Source of the DNA: Rikenellaceae bacterium
GTDB taxonomy: Bacteria; Bacteroidota; Bacteroidia; Bacteroidales; Rikenellaceae
Assembly (NCBI GenBank): GCA_017935625.1
Contig: JAGBHC010000027.1
Span: forward strand, 17,913 to 81,912
Direction: 5' to 3'
DNA length: 64,000 nucleotides
The notes under the pieces: model-generated
Database searches by the model: none
Told to the model about the DNA's origin: nothing
What the model saw: only the letters and a program-made list of their open reading frames with translations
Shown: one piece after another, positions 1 through 9,517 of the stretch
Layout: each line of letters opens with the position of its first letter
Position numbering within the stretch: the first letter of the stretch is position 1
Program-made: the position numbers and the translations under genes

Positions 1-1
1 C

Positions 2-382
2 TCGCTCCGCCATGCGGGCATCCGCACCTCGGTCGGCTCGTCGGGCCCCATCGAGAACGTGCGCTACGTGCTGCGGGAGTGCGGCGTGGAGGAGCTCTTC
101 GACAAAATCGTCTGCGGCGACATGGTGACCCGCCGCAAACCCGACCCCGAAATCTTCCTGCGGGCCGCCGCCGAGCTGCGACTCGACCCGGGCCGCTGCG
201 CGGTCATCGAAGATTCGCTCTCGGGCATCGAGGCCGCCCGCCGCGCGGGATGCCGTGTGGTGGCCATGGCCACCACCTTCAAACCCGCCTACCTGGCCGA
301 ACGCAGCGACAACGACCTCATCGTCGAGGATTTCACGCAGCTCTCGCCCGACATCGTGCGTGCGCTCTCCCCGGCCGAATAG
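2..382 (+). CDS. HAD-superfamily phosphatase/hydrolase, C-terminal part (5' end outside window)
   Basis: The frame is open from the window edge. ...RRKPDPEIFLRAA...AVIEDSLSGIEAARRAGCRVVAM matches the conserved Lys and E-D-S-x-x-G-I-x-A-A motif region of beta-phosphoglucomutase-type HAD enzymes. Confidence 0.8.
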   Translation, partial: SLRHAGIRTSVGSSGPIENVRYVLRECGVEELFDKIVCGDMVTRRKPDPEIFLRAAAELRLDPGRCAVIEDSLSGIEAARRAGCRVVAMATTFKPAYLAERSDNDLIVEDFTQLSPDIVRALSPAE

Positions 383-389
383 CCCCGCC

Positions 390-896
390 ATGAAACGCAT
401 CGGCATCCTCTCCGACACCCACGGCACGTTCGACGACACGCTGCGGGAGTTTCTCTCGCCCGTGGATGAGATTTGGCACGCCGGCGACATCGGCTCGCTG
501 GCCCTGGCCGACGAAATCGCCCGGTTCCGCCCCCTGAGAGCCGTGTGCGGCAACATCGACGACGCCCGCACCCGCACCGTCTGCAAACCCTTCTGCCGGT
601 TCGAGACCGAAGGGGTCGGCGTCGTGATGACCCACATCGGCGGCCACGGCTCCTACTACGCCCCGCAGGTAGCGGAGATACTCCGCCGGGACCGCCCCCG
701 AATCTTCGTCTGCGGCCATTCGCACATTCTGCGCGTCTTTTTCGACAAACGCTTCGAGGTGCTCCACATCAATCCCGGAGCCGCCGGGAACTATGGATTC
801 CACGCCGTTAGAACCGCCCTGAGGATGGTCATCGACCGGGGCGACATCCGCGACATGGAGGTCGGCGAGTGGCCCCGGTCCGCGAGTGTAAAATAA
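390..896 (+). CDS. YfcE/MJ0936-family metallophosphoesterase
   Basis: Internal ATG at 390 (MKRIGILSDTHG). Motifs SDTHG, AGDIGS, GNID, THIGGHG and GHSH are typical of calcineurin-like phosphoesterases. Confidence 0.85.
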   Translation: MKRIGILSDTHGTFDDTLREFLSPVDEIWHAGDIGSLALADEIARFRPLRAVCGNIDDARTRTVCKPFCRFETEGVGVVMTHIGGHGSYYAPQVAEILRRDRPRIFVCGHSHILRVFFDKRFEVLHINPGAAGNYGFHAVRTALRMVIDRGDIRDMEVGEWPRSASVK

Positions 897-907
897 TTAG
901 ACACTTT

Positions 908-943
908 TCTCCGTTATTATTGCGAAAAAACAAATAACGGAGA
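908..943 (+). terminator. Hairpin between the phosphoesterase stop and the clpC start (terminator or 5' regulatory stem)
   Basis: 11-bp inverted repeat tctccgttatt / aataacggaga with a 14-nt loop. It ends 5 nt before the clpC ATG and has no T-run. Confidence 0.3.
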
Positions 944-948
944 GAACA

Positions 949-3456
949 ATGCAAATCAAACAATCCAGAATGCTTGAGAAGATACTCTCTCAAGGCGCTT
1001 TCAATATCGAAAGAGACAACTCCCGGTTCCCGATGGAGAGTCTGTTCCTGATGATGCTCTCGGAAGAGAGATGCAACGCCACGCAGATTCTCAAACGCTT
1101 GCTCAAGGATTGGGAAATATACCAGCTCAAGATACGCATCGAGCGCGAGACGGGCAAAGCCTCGGCTTCGCCGGCGGAGCGCACCGACACCAACGGCTTT
1201 TTCGAAAGGCTGGCCGTGCGCCTCGAAGAGGTCGCCTCGCGCAGCCACTGCCCCGACGGCATCGTCCGCACCGCCCACCTGCTGCTGCTCATCGCCGAAG
1301 ACAAAAGCCTGATGAGCGCACGCGCCATGGAGCTCTACCACATCACCCCCGGACTCATCGGCGACTGGATGGGCCGTCTGAGCTTCGACGAGGAGCAGAA
1401 CGCCTCCGCCGCCCAGCCCGACCGCAGCCTTCCGCCCCGCGCGACCGACGAGCCCGACGACGAGGAGGAGGACTACACCCCGGCCCGACGCAGCCGGCGC
1501 ACCGCGTCGATGCTCGACAAATACGGAATCGACCTCACCCAGGCCGCTGCCCGGGGCGAGATTGACCCCGTCATCGGCCGCGACAAGGAGATTGAGCGGG
1601 TGATTCAGATACTGGGCCGCCGCAAGAAGAACAACCCCATCCTCATCGGCGAGGCCGGTGTGGGCAAAAGCGCCATCGTCGAGGGGCTGGCCCTGAAGAT
1701 GGTGGGCGGAGAGGCCCCCCTGTCGCTGCGCGACAAACGGCTCTTCTCGCTCGACATCACCTCGCTGGTGGCCGGCACCAAATACCGCGGCGAATTCGAG
1801 GAGCGCATCAAGGCGCTGCTCGACGAACTCGCACGCAACAAGCAGGTGGTGGTCTTCATCGACGAAATCCACACCATCGTGGGAGCCGGCAGCACCCAGG
1901 GCAGCCTCGACACGGCCAACATACTCAAACCGGCGCTGGCCCGCGGCGAGCTGCAGTGCATCGGCGCCACCACCCTGGACGAATACCGCGAGAACATCGA
2001 AAAAGACAGCGCCCTGGAGCGCCGCTTCCAGAAGGTGATGGTGGAGCCCACCACCAAGGAGCAGACCCTGGCCATCCTGCGCAACATCCGCAGCCACTAC
2101 GAGCGCCACCACTCGGTGCGCTACACCGACCGGGCGCTGGAGGCCTGCGTGGAGCTCACCGACCGCTACGTGACCGACCGCCACTTCCCCGACAAGGCCA
2201 TCGACGTGCTCGACGAGGCGGGCTCCAAGGCCCACATCTTCGGCACCTGCGAGCCGGAATACATCCGCTCTCTGGAGCGCGACCTGGGCGAAGTGTCGCG
2301 CCAGCGCAAACAGGCGGTGGCCGAGCTGGTCTACGAGCAGGCCGCGGCGGCCCGCGTCAGGGAGCTCTCGCTGCGCCACGAGCTCAGCCAGAGCCGCCAC
2401 CGGTGGGAGGAGTCGCTGCGCACCAATCCGGTGACCGTCGATACGGAACACATCGAGCAGGTCATCACCTCCATGACGGGCATCCCCGTGGAGAAGGTCT
2501 CGTGCAGCGAGCAGAACCGCCTGCGCGGCATGGCCGACCACCTCGACAGCGTGGTCATCGGCCAGCACGAAGCGGTGAACAAGGTCTGCAGGGCCATCCA
2601 GCGAAGCCGTGCGGGACTCAAATCCCCCGACAAGCCCATCGGCGTGTTCATGTTCGTGGGACCCACGGGCGTGGGCAAGACGCACCTGGCCAAAGAGCTT
2701 TCGCACTGGATGTTCGACCGGCGCGACTCACTGGTGCGCATCGACATGAGCGAATACGGCGAAAAGCACAACGTGAGCCGCCTCATCGGGTCGCCTCCCG
2801 GATACGTGGGCTACAACGAGGGCGGACAGCTCACCGAGACCGTCCGCCGCCAGCCCTACTCGGTGATACTCTTCGACGAAATCGAGAAGGCCCATCCCGA
2901 CGTCTTCAACATCATGCTGCAGATTTTCGACGACGGACAGCTCACCGACGGACTCGGCCGCAAGGTCGATTTCCGCAACACGGTCATCATCATGACCTCC
3001 AACGTGGGCTCCCGGGCCCTGGAGCAAAAGGGCAACATCGTGGGCTACCACACCGTCTCCCAGCCGCGCATCCGGCAGACCGAAGACGAATCGAGCTACC
3101 GCAAGTCGCTGCAGGAGACCTTCGCGCCGGAGTTCATCAACCGCATCGACGACATCGTGATATTCAACACCCTGTCGCTCGAGGAGGTGACCCGCATCGT
3201 GGACCTCGAACTCGAAGGGCTCAACCGCCGCGCCGCCGCACTGGGCTACACGCTGCGCATCGACCCCGAGGCCCGCGAACGAATCGCCCGCATGGGATAC
3301 GACCCCAAGTACGGGGTCCGCTCCCTGAAGCGCACCATCCTCAGCCAAATCGAGGAGCCGCTGGCCCAGATGATTGTGGGCGGCGAAATCGCCGGCGGCG
3401 ACGGAGTGGAAATCGTCCTCTGCGACCAGCATATCTCCCTGCGCAAGGCGGGATAG
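949..3456 (+). CDS. clpC: AAA+ Clp/Hsp100 chaperone, ClpC-like ATP-binding subunit
   Basis: 835 aa. N-terminal Clp_N-like repeats and two Walker A sites ([15 protein letters not shown] and [15 protein letters not shown]). [23 protein letters not shown] signature and a short middle region. Confidence 0.9.
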   Translation: MQIKQSRMLEKILSQGAFNIERDNSRFPMESLFLMMLSEERCNATQILKRLLKDWEIYQLKIRIERETGKASASPAERTDTNGFFERLAVRLEEVASRSHCPDGIVRTAHLLLLIAEDKSLMSARAMELYHITPGLIGDWMGRLSFDEEQNASAAQPDRSLPPRATDEPDDEEEDYTPARRSRRTASMLDKYGIDLTQAAARGEIDPVIGRDKEIERVIQILGRRKKNNPILIGEAGVGKSAIVEGLALKMVGGEAPLSLRDKRLFSLDITSLVAGTKYRGEFEERIKALLDELARNKQVVVFIDEIHTIVGAGSTQGSLDTANILKPALARGELQCIGATTLDEYRENIEKDSALERRFQKVMVEPTTKEQTLAILRNIRSHYERHHSVRYTDRALEACVELTDRYVTDRHFPDKAIDVLDEAGSKAHIFGTCEPEYIRSLERDLGEVSRQRKQAVAELVYEQAAAARVRELSLRHELSQSRHRWEESLRTNPVTVDTEHIEQVITSMTGIPVEKVSCSEQNRLRGMADHLDSVVIGQHEAVNKVCRAIQRSRAGLKSPDKPIGVFMFVGPTGVGKTHLAKELSHWMFDRRDSLVRIDMSEYGEKHNVSRLIGSPPGYVGYNEGGQLTETVRRQPYSVILFDEIEKAHPDVFNIMLQIFDDGQLTDGLGRKVDFRNTVIIMTSNVGSRALEQKGNIVGYHTVSQPRIRQTEDESSYRKSLQETFAPEFINRIDDIVIFNTLSLEEVTRIVDLELEGLNRRAAALGYTLRIDPEARERIARMGYDPKYGVRSLKRTILSQIEEPLAQMIVGGEIAGGDGVEIVLCDQHISLRKAG

Positions 3457-3566
3457 CGGCCGCGGACCCCGAGATACCGGACGCCCCGAGCCGGGAAGCG
3501 GCCGCCGGCCGGCGGCCCCCGCAGGGCGCAAAGAAGCACTCCTTAAATAGACTGAAACCTTAAACC

Positions 3567-3601
3567 GAGAGGGTGCCCCGACTGTGTCGGGGCACCCTCT
3601 T
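3567..3601. terminator. Bidirectional rho-independent terminator between the convergent clpC and birA
   Basis: gagagggtgccccga / tcggggcaccctct stem followed by a ttt run, in the gap between the two convergent stops. Confidence 0.7.
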
Positions 3602-3633
3602 TTCGTCATGCCGTCATCCGGTCCGCAGCGGAA

Positions 3634-4371
3634 TCACTCCCGGCCCGCGATGACGAACTCTATCTCCTTGAACAGGTAGCTGCGACAAGCTCCGTCGGGA
3701 TGCTCCACCAGCAGACCGCCCGCCGGCTCCACGCCGCGGATAACGCCCCCGAACACCGTGCCGTCGGGCAGGCGGAAGGGATGGCGCTCGCCGAGACGGT
3801 AGAGACGCCCGTTGTACTCCTGCGCAATCCGTTCGGCCGCCGAAAAGTCGCGGCGCACCGTCTCGTACATCCGCATGAAGCGGTCGTAGAAGGCCTGCAG
3901 CACGCTCCGCCGGTCGTATTCGCGCCCCGTCTGCCGCACCATCGAAGTCGGGTTCGGCAATTCGGGGTCGAACTCCCGTTGATTGACATTCAGTCCGATT
4001 CCCACTATCGCCCGGCTGAAAAGGCCGTGTCCGAGGTCGTTCTCGATGAGCATACCGCAGATTTTCCGGTCGCCCGCATAGATGTCGTTCGTCCACTTGA
4101 CCGTGGCGTCGATGCCGTACACGGCCAGCGTCTCGACCAGCGACAGCGTCACCATCTGCGAAAGCAGGAACTGCCGCTCGACGGGAATGAACTCCGGCGT
4201 AAGCACCAGGCTGAACATCAGATTCTCGCCCCGGCGGCTGCTCCACCTGTGCCCCCGCTGGCCGCGGCCGGCACTCTGGTACTCGGCGCAAATCACATCG
4301 CCGCACCCGTACGACGGGTCGCGTGCCACGTCGTTGGTGGAGGTCGTCTCCTCCAAAAACACGAAACTCAT
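3634..4371 (-). CDS. birA: Biotin--[acetyl-CoA-carboxylase] ligase
   Basis: 245 aa with TTSTND and GRGQRGHRWSS (GRGRxGRxW-type) motifs. No HTH domain, as in group I BirA. Confidence 0.85.
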   Translation of the reverse strand: MSFVFLEETTSTNDVARDPSYGCGDVICAEYQSAGRGQRGHRWSSRRGENLMFSLVLTPEFIPVERQFLLSQMVTLSLVETLAVYGIDATVKWTNDIYAGDRKICGMLIENDLGHGLFSRAIVGIGLNVNQREFDPELPNPTSMVRQTGREYDRRSVLQAFYDRFMRMYETVRRDFSAAERIAQEYNGRLYRLGERHPFRLPDGTVFGGVIRGVEPAGGLLVEHPDGACRSYLFKEIEFVIAGRE

Positions 4372-4383
4372 GACAACACCTCG

Positions 4384-5208
4384 CTATACCGGAACATTGA
4401 ACTCGCGAAGCGCCTGATTGAGCGAGGTCTTGGTATCGGTCGAAGGCTTGCGCCGGCCGATAATCAGGCCGCAGGGCACCCCGTAGGTGCCGGCCGGGAA
4501 CTCTTTGGGATAGGTGCCGGGAATCACCACCGAACGGGGCGGCACGTAGCCCTTGTACTCGACGGGCTCGCTGCCCGACACGTCGATGATTTTGGTCGAG
4601 CCGGTAATCACCACGTTGGCACCCAGCACCGCCTCGCGGCAGATGTGCGCCCCCTCGACCACGATGCACCGCGAACCGAGGAAACAGTTGTCCTCCACGA
4701 TGACGGGAGCCGCCTGCACGGGCTCCAGCACGCCGCCGATGCCCACGCCGCCGCTCAGATGGACGTGTTTGCCGATTTGCGCGCAGCTGCCCACGGTAGC
4801 CCACGTATCGACCATGGTCCCCTCATCGACATAGGCGCCGATATTGACATAGGAGGGCATCATTATCACCCCCGGAGCCAGATAGGCTCCGTAACGGGCC
4901 ACCGCCTGCGGCACCACGCGCACGCCCTGTGCGCTGTAATCGTGCTTGAGCTCCATCTTGTCGTGGAACTCGAGCTCGCCGGCGTGCATGGTCCGCATGG
5001 GCTGGATGGGAAAGTACATCAGCACCGCCTTCTTCACCCATTCGTTCACCCGCCACTCGCTCTTTTCGAGGTCGGTGGGTTCGGTCGTGCGCAAACGGCC
5101 CTTGTCGAGCATCTCCACCACGGTCCGTATCGCCTCGCGGACGGGCTCCTGCGTCAGCAGGTCACGGTTCTCCCAGGCCTGCTCTATAATGGTTTTCAAT
5201 TCGTTCAT
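4384..5208 (-). CDS. dapD: 2,3,4,5-tetrahydropyridine-2,6-dicarboxylate N-succinyltransferase
   Basis: Start taken at the internal ATG (MNELKTIIEQAWENRD...). The longer ORF to 5598 runs through an intergenic repeat. Left-handed beta-helix hexapeptide repeats, about 274 aa. Confidence 0.85.
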   Translation of the reverse strand: MNELKTIIEQAWENRDLLTQEPVREAIRTVVEMLDKGRLRTTEPTDLEKSEWRVNEWVKKAVLMYFPIQPMRTMHAGELEFHDKMELKHDYSAQGVRVVPQAVARYGAYLAPGVIMMPSYVNIGAYVDEGTMVDTWATVGSCAQIGKHVHLSGGVGIGGVLEPVQAAPVIVEDNCFLGSRCIVVEGAHICREAVLGANVVITGSTKIIDVSGSEPVEYKGYVPPRSVVIPGTYPKEFPAGTYGVPCGLIIGRRKPSTDTKTSLNQALREFNVPV

Positions 5209-5243
5209 GACTTCGTTTCGTTTATTTTCAACAGTCGTTCGCG

Positions 5244-5251
5244 CAAAAGTA
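5244..5251 (-). promoter_or_regulatory. Bacteroidetes -7 box (TAnnTTTG) for dapD
   Basis: The plus strand reads caaaagta, which is TACTTTTG on the minus strand, about 36 nt upstream of the dapD ATG. Confidence 0.5.
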
Positions 5252-5272
5252 CTAAAATCGGGCAAAAATACA

Positions 5273-5280
5273 TAACTTTG
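5273..5280 (+). promoter_or_regulatory. Bacteroidetes -7 box (TAnnTTTG), the only one upstream of lysC
   Basis: TAACTTTG on the plus strand. I found no other TAnnTTTG between here and the lysC ATG at 5643, which implies a leader of roughly 355 nt. Confidence 0.45.
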
Positions 5281-5316
5281 TCTGCTCCGCGGCCGGAAAA
5301 TCCCGGAATACGAGCG

Positions 5317-5460
5317 CCCCGGCCTCGCAGCGCGAGACCGAAGCCCCTGCCTCGGGCGGGGGTGCGGGGGTGGGTCAGAAAATACCGGAAAAAGACCCGG
5401 ACCTGCGGCAACGCCACAACGGTATAACAAAGAAACTTTAGACACGAAGAAGCAGAAACA
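5317..5460 (+). repeat. Direct repeat copy 1 (about 143 bp) in the lysC leader
   Basis: ccccggcctcgcagcgcgagaccgaagcccctgcc...ggtataacaaagaaac...gaagaagcagaaaca recurs at 5501-5642 with about ten differences, by eye. Confidence 0.9.
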
Positions 5461-5500
5461 ACGGCATAGCAGGAACAACGGCACAAACCTCGGGGAAAAT

Positions 5501-5642
5501 CCCCGGCCTCGCAGCGCGAGACCGAAGCCCCTGCCTGAGGCGGGGGTGCGGGGGTGGGTCAGAAAATACCGGAAAAAGACCCGGACCTGCGGCGACACCT
5601 CAACGGTATAACAAAGAAACTAAGATACAAAGAAGTAGAAAC
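5501..5642 (+). repeat. Direct repeat copy 2 (about 143 bp), abutting the lysC ATG
   Basis: Near-identical to 5317-5460 and ends exactly at the lysC start codon. Confidence 0.9.
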
Positions 5643-6902
5643 ATGAAGGTATATAAATTCGGAGGAGCGTCGGTGCGTACGGCCGACGGCGTAAGAAACC
5701 TCGAGAACATAGTACGCGGAGAGAAGGGGCTGTTCGTCATCGTATCGGCCATGGGCAAAACCACCAATGCGCTGGAGCGCATGCTCGACCGCTTCATGGA
5801 GGCGGACCGCGCCGGAGCCCGCAAGGAGTTCGAGGAGGTGAAAGCCTACCACGACGGCATCGTCGCCGACCTGTTCGGTGCGGGATTCCGCCTGCCCGAA
5901 GTGGACGCACGCTACCGCGAGGTGGAGGGCCTGCTCGCCGAAGCCGACCCCGCCGCGGCGGAGTACGAACTGTGGTACGACCGCACGGTGAGCTACGGAG
6001 AGCTCATCTCGACCGCCATCATCGCCGCATACCTCAACCGGGCGGGCATTCCCACCAAATGGATAGACATGCGCCGCACGTTCCTCACCGACGGCCGCCA
6101 CAAGGATGCCAACATCGACATCGAGGCTTCGGCCCCGCTGCTGAAGGCCGAAACCGCAGGCCCCGAGGAGCTCTTCATCGGACAGGGCTTCATCGGCGGA
6201 GCACCCGACGGCGAACCCTCGACCCTGGGACGCGAAGGCTCGGACTACTCGGCCGCCGTGGCCGCCAACATCCTCGACGCGGAGAGCATGTCGGTGTGGA
6301 AAGACGTGGAGGGCATCCTCAACGCCGACCCCAAGATTTTCCCCGACACGGAGTACATTCCCCAGCTGACCTATCTCGATGCCATCGAACTGGCATACAG
6401 CGGGGCGCAGATAATCCACCCCAAGACCGTCAAGCCCCTTCAGAACAAGTCGATACCCCTCTACGTCCGTCCGTTCGGCGACAAGACCAAACCGGGAACC
6501 GTCATCCGGGCCGCCATCGACCGCCCCGTCAGCGTGCCCATCCTCATCCTCAAGCGCAACCAGATACTGGTGTCGGTACGCCCCGACGACCTGTCGTTCA
6601 TGATGGAGGAGCGCATGTCGGGCATCTTCGCCCTGCTGGAGCAGTACCGCATCAAGACCAACCTGGTGCAGAGCTCGGCCGTCAATCTGAGCCTGTGCAT
6701 CGACGCCTCGCGCCACCTTCCGCAGGTGGTGGAGCGTCTGCACAGCGAGGGATTCCGCGTGAAGTACAACGACAACCTGGAACTGCTCACCATCCGCGGC
6801 TACGACGCCCGCATGCTCGACCGCTACGTGGAGCACTCCGACGTCTACCTCTCGCAGAAGACCCGCCGCACGGTGCGCATCGTCCGGCCACGAAGCCTTT
6901 AG
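5643..6902 (+). CDS. lysC: Aspartate kinase
   Basis: 419 aa. MKVYKFGGASV N-terminus, an amino-acid kinase fold and a C-terminal ACT-like region. Confidence 0.9.
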   Translation: MKVYKFGGASVRTADGVRNLENIVRGEKGLFVIVSAMGKTTNALERMLDRFMEADRAGARKEFEEVKAYHDGIVADLFGAGFRLPEVDARYREVEGLLAEADPAAAEYELWYDRTVSYGELISTAIIAAYLNRAGIPTKWIDMRRTFLTDGRHKDANIDIEASAPLLKAETAGPEELFIGQGFIGGAPDGEPSTLGREGSDYSAAVAANILDAESMSVWKDVEGILNADPKIFPDTEYIPQLTYLDAIELAYSGAQIIHPKTVKPLQNKSIPLYVRPFGDKTKPGTVIRAAIDRPVSVPILILKRNQILVSVRPDDLSFMMEERMSGIFALLEQYRIKTNLVQSSAVNLSLCIDASRHLPQVVERLHSEGFRVKYNDNLELLTIRGYDARMLDRYVEHSDVYLSQKTRRTVRIVRPRSL

Positions 6903-6927
6903 CGGCCCGGCCCGACCCCACAAAAAA

Positions 6928-6959
6928 ACGGGGCGTCCGTATCGTTGCGGACGCCCCGT
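6928..6959. terminator. Bidirectional terminator after lysC
   Basis: acggggcgtccg / cggacgccccgt stem, flanked by an A-run upstream and ttt downstream. Confidence 0.7.
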
Positions 6960-6986
6960 TTCCGAAAATCTAACCTATCCGGGATA

Positions 6987-7379
6987 TCAATAACCCCGTT
7001 CCTCTTTGTCGAACCTGCGGCTCAGCAGATAGGCCGTGAAGAGGCCCAGACCCGAGCAGAGAAATATCAGTCCGAAACAAACTCCGGGAATCGCCCGGTG
7101 GAAAATGGCGTTGGTCGCTCCCACCGCGGCATCGAGCACGAACGTGAGAAAAAGACCCAGACCCACGCCCGCCAGCATCAGGCCTACCGCCAGACCCGGA
7201 CGGAGACGTCCGTGGCGCACCGGCTCGTCGCGCATCATCACCTCGTGTATCTGTTCGGGGGTCATGCGCCCGAACTTTTCCGCATCCACCTTACTGGTAT
7301 TGAAAGACCTCACTATCAGATAAGAAAAGAAGCCCACCACACACAGTATCGGTACCATCAAACCCATAAAATCTTCCAT
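6987..7379 (-). CDS. Small multi-pass membrane protein, last gene of the ECF sigma module
   Basis: 130 aa with three or four hydrophobic segments. Lies 15 bp downstream of the putative anti-sigma gene on the same strand. Confidence 0.6.
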   Translation of the reverse strand: MEDFMGLMVPILCVVGFFSYLIVRSFNTSKVDAEKFGRMTPEQIHEVMMRDEPVRHGRLRPGLAVGLMLAGVGLGLFLTFVLDAAVGATNAIFHRAIPGVCFGLIFLCSGLGLFTAYLLSRRFDKEERGY

Positions 7380-7394
7380 AAAGCTATCCGTTTT

Positions 7395-7769
7395 TTAATT
7401 GTTATTTGAATTTTCCAGTTTTACGTTCATCGCCATCTTCGCGGCCAGAGCCAGACCGGTCGCAGCAACCGTCAGCGCCGGCGCCCATTGCAGGTAATCG
7501 GACAAATCGGTCGAATATCCCGCCTGGTCGGGCCACTCCCTCGCCACCCACAGGTAGCACAGGGTCACTACCGCCGCCACGAGCAGGGCCACCCCCGCCA
7601 GGGTCAATAGGTTCTTCAACTGCTGCGGACGTTCCGCCTCCGCCTGCCGGCGTGCCGCGGCACGCATCCGCACCTGCCGCATGATATCGGCCTCCAGGCT
7701 CGCCGGCATCGCCGCTTTCGGTCCGGCGCTGCGCCGGAGCAGCTCCCTGAAATTATCTTCCGTGTTCAT
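7395..7769 (-). CDS. Putative membrane-anchored anti-sigma factor
   Basis: 124 aa with a charged N-terminal region and TM segments. Its start overlaps the stop of the ECF sigma gene by 17 nt. Confidence 0.55.
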   Translation of the reverse strand: MNTEDNFRELLRRSAGPKAAMPASLEADIMRQVRMRAAARRQAEAERPQQLKNLLTLAGVALLVAAVVTLCYLWVAREWPDQAGYSTDLSDYLQWAPALTVAATGLALAAKMAMNVKLENSNNN

Positions 7770-8310
7770 AGTTCATCTCCTCCATCAGTTTTTTCAGCCT
7801 CTGCCGCGAGCGGTGAAGTATCACCTTCACGTTCGAACGGCTGCGCTGCGTGATTATGGCAATCTGTTCAATCGTCTTGTCTTCCATATAGAAGAGGGTG
7901 AGCGCGGTCCGTTCCGTGGCCGGCATCATCGCCAGCGCCCTCTCCATGGCGGCCATGTTGCTTTCGGTCACCTCCCACGTCTGCTCGCTCTCGGCCCGCT
8001 CTCCCACCCGGCCCTCGTCCAGAGGCATCAGGTCGATGTGCGGCCGGCGCCTCAGCGAAGAGACGGCGGCATTGTAGGCGATGCGGTAGAGCCACGTCTG
8101 GAAACCGCCCGTGCCGCGCCACTGTCCCAGGTGGTCGAACACCCTGATGAAGGTGTCCTGCGTTATCTCCTCGGCCTCCATGGCGTTTCCCGTGATGCCG
8201 CAGACCAGGGCGTAGACCTTCTGCGAATAGCGGGCGACAAGCTCTGCGAACGCATCGACGTCACCGCCTCTGACCGACTCCACAATATCCATATCTGTCC
8301 GGGTATCCAT
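7753..8310 (-). CDS. ECF-type RNA polymerase sigma-70 factor
   Basis: Region 2 (FAELVARYSQKVYALVCGITGN...AEEITQDTFIRVF...FQTWLYRIAYNAA) and region 4 (LTLFYMEDKTIEQIAIITQRSRSNVKVILHRSRQRLK). ATG at 8310; the ORF-track start at 8313 is TTG. Confidence 0.9.
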   Translation of the reverse strand: MDTRTDMDIVESVRGGDVDAFAELVARYSQKVYALVCGITGNAMEAEEITQDTFIRVFDHLGQWRGTGGFQTWLYRIAYNAAVSSLRRRPHIDLMPLDEGRVGERAESEQTWEVTESNMAAMERALAMMPATERTALTLFYMEDKTIEQIAIITQRSRSNVKVILHRSRQRLKKLMEEMNYEHGR

Positions 8311-8445
8311 CAACTATCGCTTTTAAACTCCGTCTGTTTTCCTGTTCTGCCTTTTAGACGCCGGTTCGGCCGAAAGGTTACACCCCGCCGTACGTTTTTT
8401 TCGCTCCGCACGCATTTTTCCGCCGGCCGCACGGCCGCACGGCCG

Positions 8446-8453
8446 CAAAGATA
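8446..8453 (-). promoter_or_regulatory. -7 box (TATCTTTG on the minus strand) upstream of the ECF sigma operon
   Basis: The plus strand reads caaagata, about 135 nt upstream of the sigma ATG. Confidence 0.4.
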
Positions 8454-8533
8454 GGCAATATATCCGTCGAAACCCGAAAATTCCGCCCGGCGGGACCGAC
8501 GAGGCCGGCGAAACCGACCCCTGTGAAAACGGA

Positions 8534-8567
8534 GGGGGAGAATCTCCCGAAAAGGAGACTCTCCCCC
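8534..8567 (-). terminator. Terminator after gpmA
   Basis: gggggagaatctcc / ggagactctccccc stem (13 of 14 bp paired), followed by tttt on the minus strand. Confidence 0.6.
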
Positions 8568-8595
8568 GCAGCCCGCGACACGGTCCCGAGGGCCT

Positions 8596-9339
8596 TTATC
8601 GGCACCCCTGCCGGGCCACGGCATCCATCAGTTTGTCAATCACCTCCCGGTCGCCCAGAAAATAGTCCTTCGCATAGCTGAGGTTGTCGTCGAACTCGAA
8701 GACGTAGGGCACCGCCGTCGGCAGATTGAGCTCCACGATTTCCTCGTCGGAGATTCCCTTCAGGTGTTTGACGATGCCGCGCAGGCTGTTGCCGTGGGCC
8801 ACCACCAGCAGCGCGTCGTAGCGCCGCAGCGCCGGCAGAATCTCGCACGACCAGTAGGGCATGAGCCGGGCGATGGTGTCGCGCAACGATTCGGTGCGGG
8901 GCAGCTCGTCGCCCGGCACCTCGGCATAGCGTGCCTCGCGCGAGGCGCTGCGCGGGTCCTCGGGCGAGAGCGGGGCCGGCGCCACGTCGTAGCTCCGGCG
9001 CCACATCCGCACCAGCTCCTCGCCGTAGCGCGATGCCGTCTCGCTCTTGTTCAGCCCCTGAAGCGCCCCGTAATGCTTCTCGTTCAGGCGCCAGCTCTTA
9101 CGGACCGGAATCCAGTCCCGGTCGAGCGTATCGAGCACGATGTCGAGGGTCTTGACGGCCCGTTTGAGATAGGAGGTGAAGGCCGCGCCGAACTCGAAGC
9201 CCGCCTCACGAAGCGCCTTGCCGGCCTCCCGGGCCTCGGTCACCCCGCGGGGGCTCAAATCCACGTCGGTCCACCCCGTAAACCGATTCTCCTTATTCCA
9301 CAGGCTCTCGCCGTGACGGAGCAAAACAATCCTTTTCAT
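8596..9339 (-). CDS. gpmA: 2,3-bisphosphoglycerate-dependent phosphoglycerate mutase
   Basis: Internal ATG ([29 protein letters not shown]). RHGES catalytic His motif, about 247 aa. Confidence 0.9.
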   Translation of the reverse strand: MKRIVLLRHGESLWNKENRFTGWTDVDLSPRGVTEAREAGKALREAGFEFGAAFTSYLKRAVKTLDIVLDTLDRDWIPVRKSWRLNEKHYGALQGLNKSETASRYGEELVRMWRRSYDVAPAPLSPEDPRSASREARYAEVPGDELPRTESLRDTIARLMPYWSCEILPALRRYDALLVVAHGNSLRGIVKHLKGISDEEIVELNLPTAVPYVFEFDDNLSYAKDYFLGDREVIDKLMDAVARQGCR

Positions 9340-9517
9340 AGCACGATTCCGTTTAGTCGTCGAACACCACGACCCTGCACGTTTTGTTCCACAATGCTCC
9401 GAAGCGCCCGCCCCGAAGGATAATATCTCCGTTTTGCGGCCTCCGAGGGCCGGAAAAACGACACGGTTCCCCCGGGAACACCCCCAAAGGAACCGCATCC
9501 TATCCATCCGCCGCACG

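Noticed and set aside
4384-5598. The long 404-aa version of the dapD ORF, and the 15178-15672, 8596-9516, 21093-22154 and 61240-62583 N-terminal extensions
   Set aside because: The extensions are Arg/Pro-rich, run through intergenic repeats or promoters, and are followed by internal ATGs. Those ATGs give full-length, family-typical N-termini.
5281-5642. Classical lysine (L-box) riboswitch upstream of lysC
   Set aside because: The conserved L-box segments (AGAGGNGC 5' strand, GCCGAAG, and so on) are not recognisable. Near-identity of the two copies points to duplication, not to a tandem aptamer. It is kept as a finding only as an unexplained duplicated leader.
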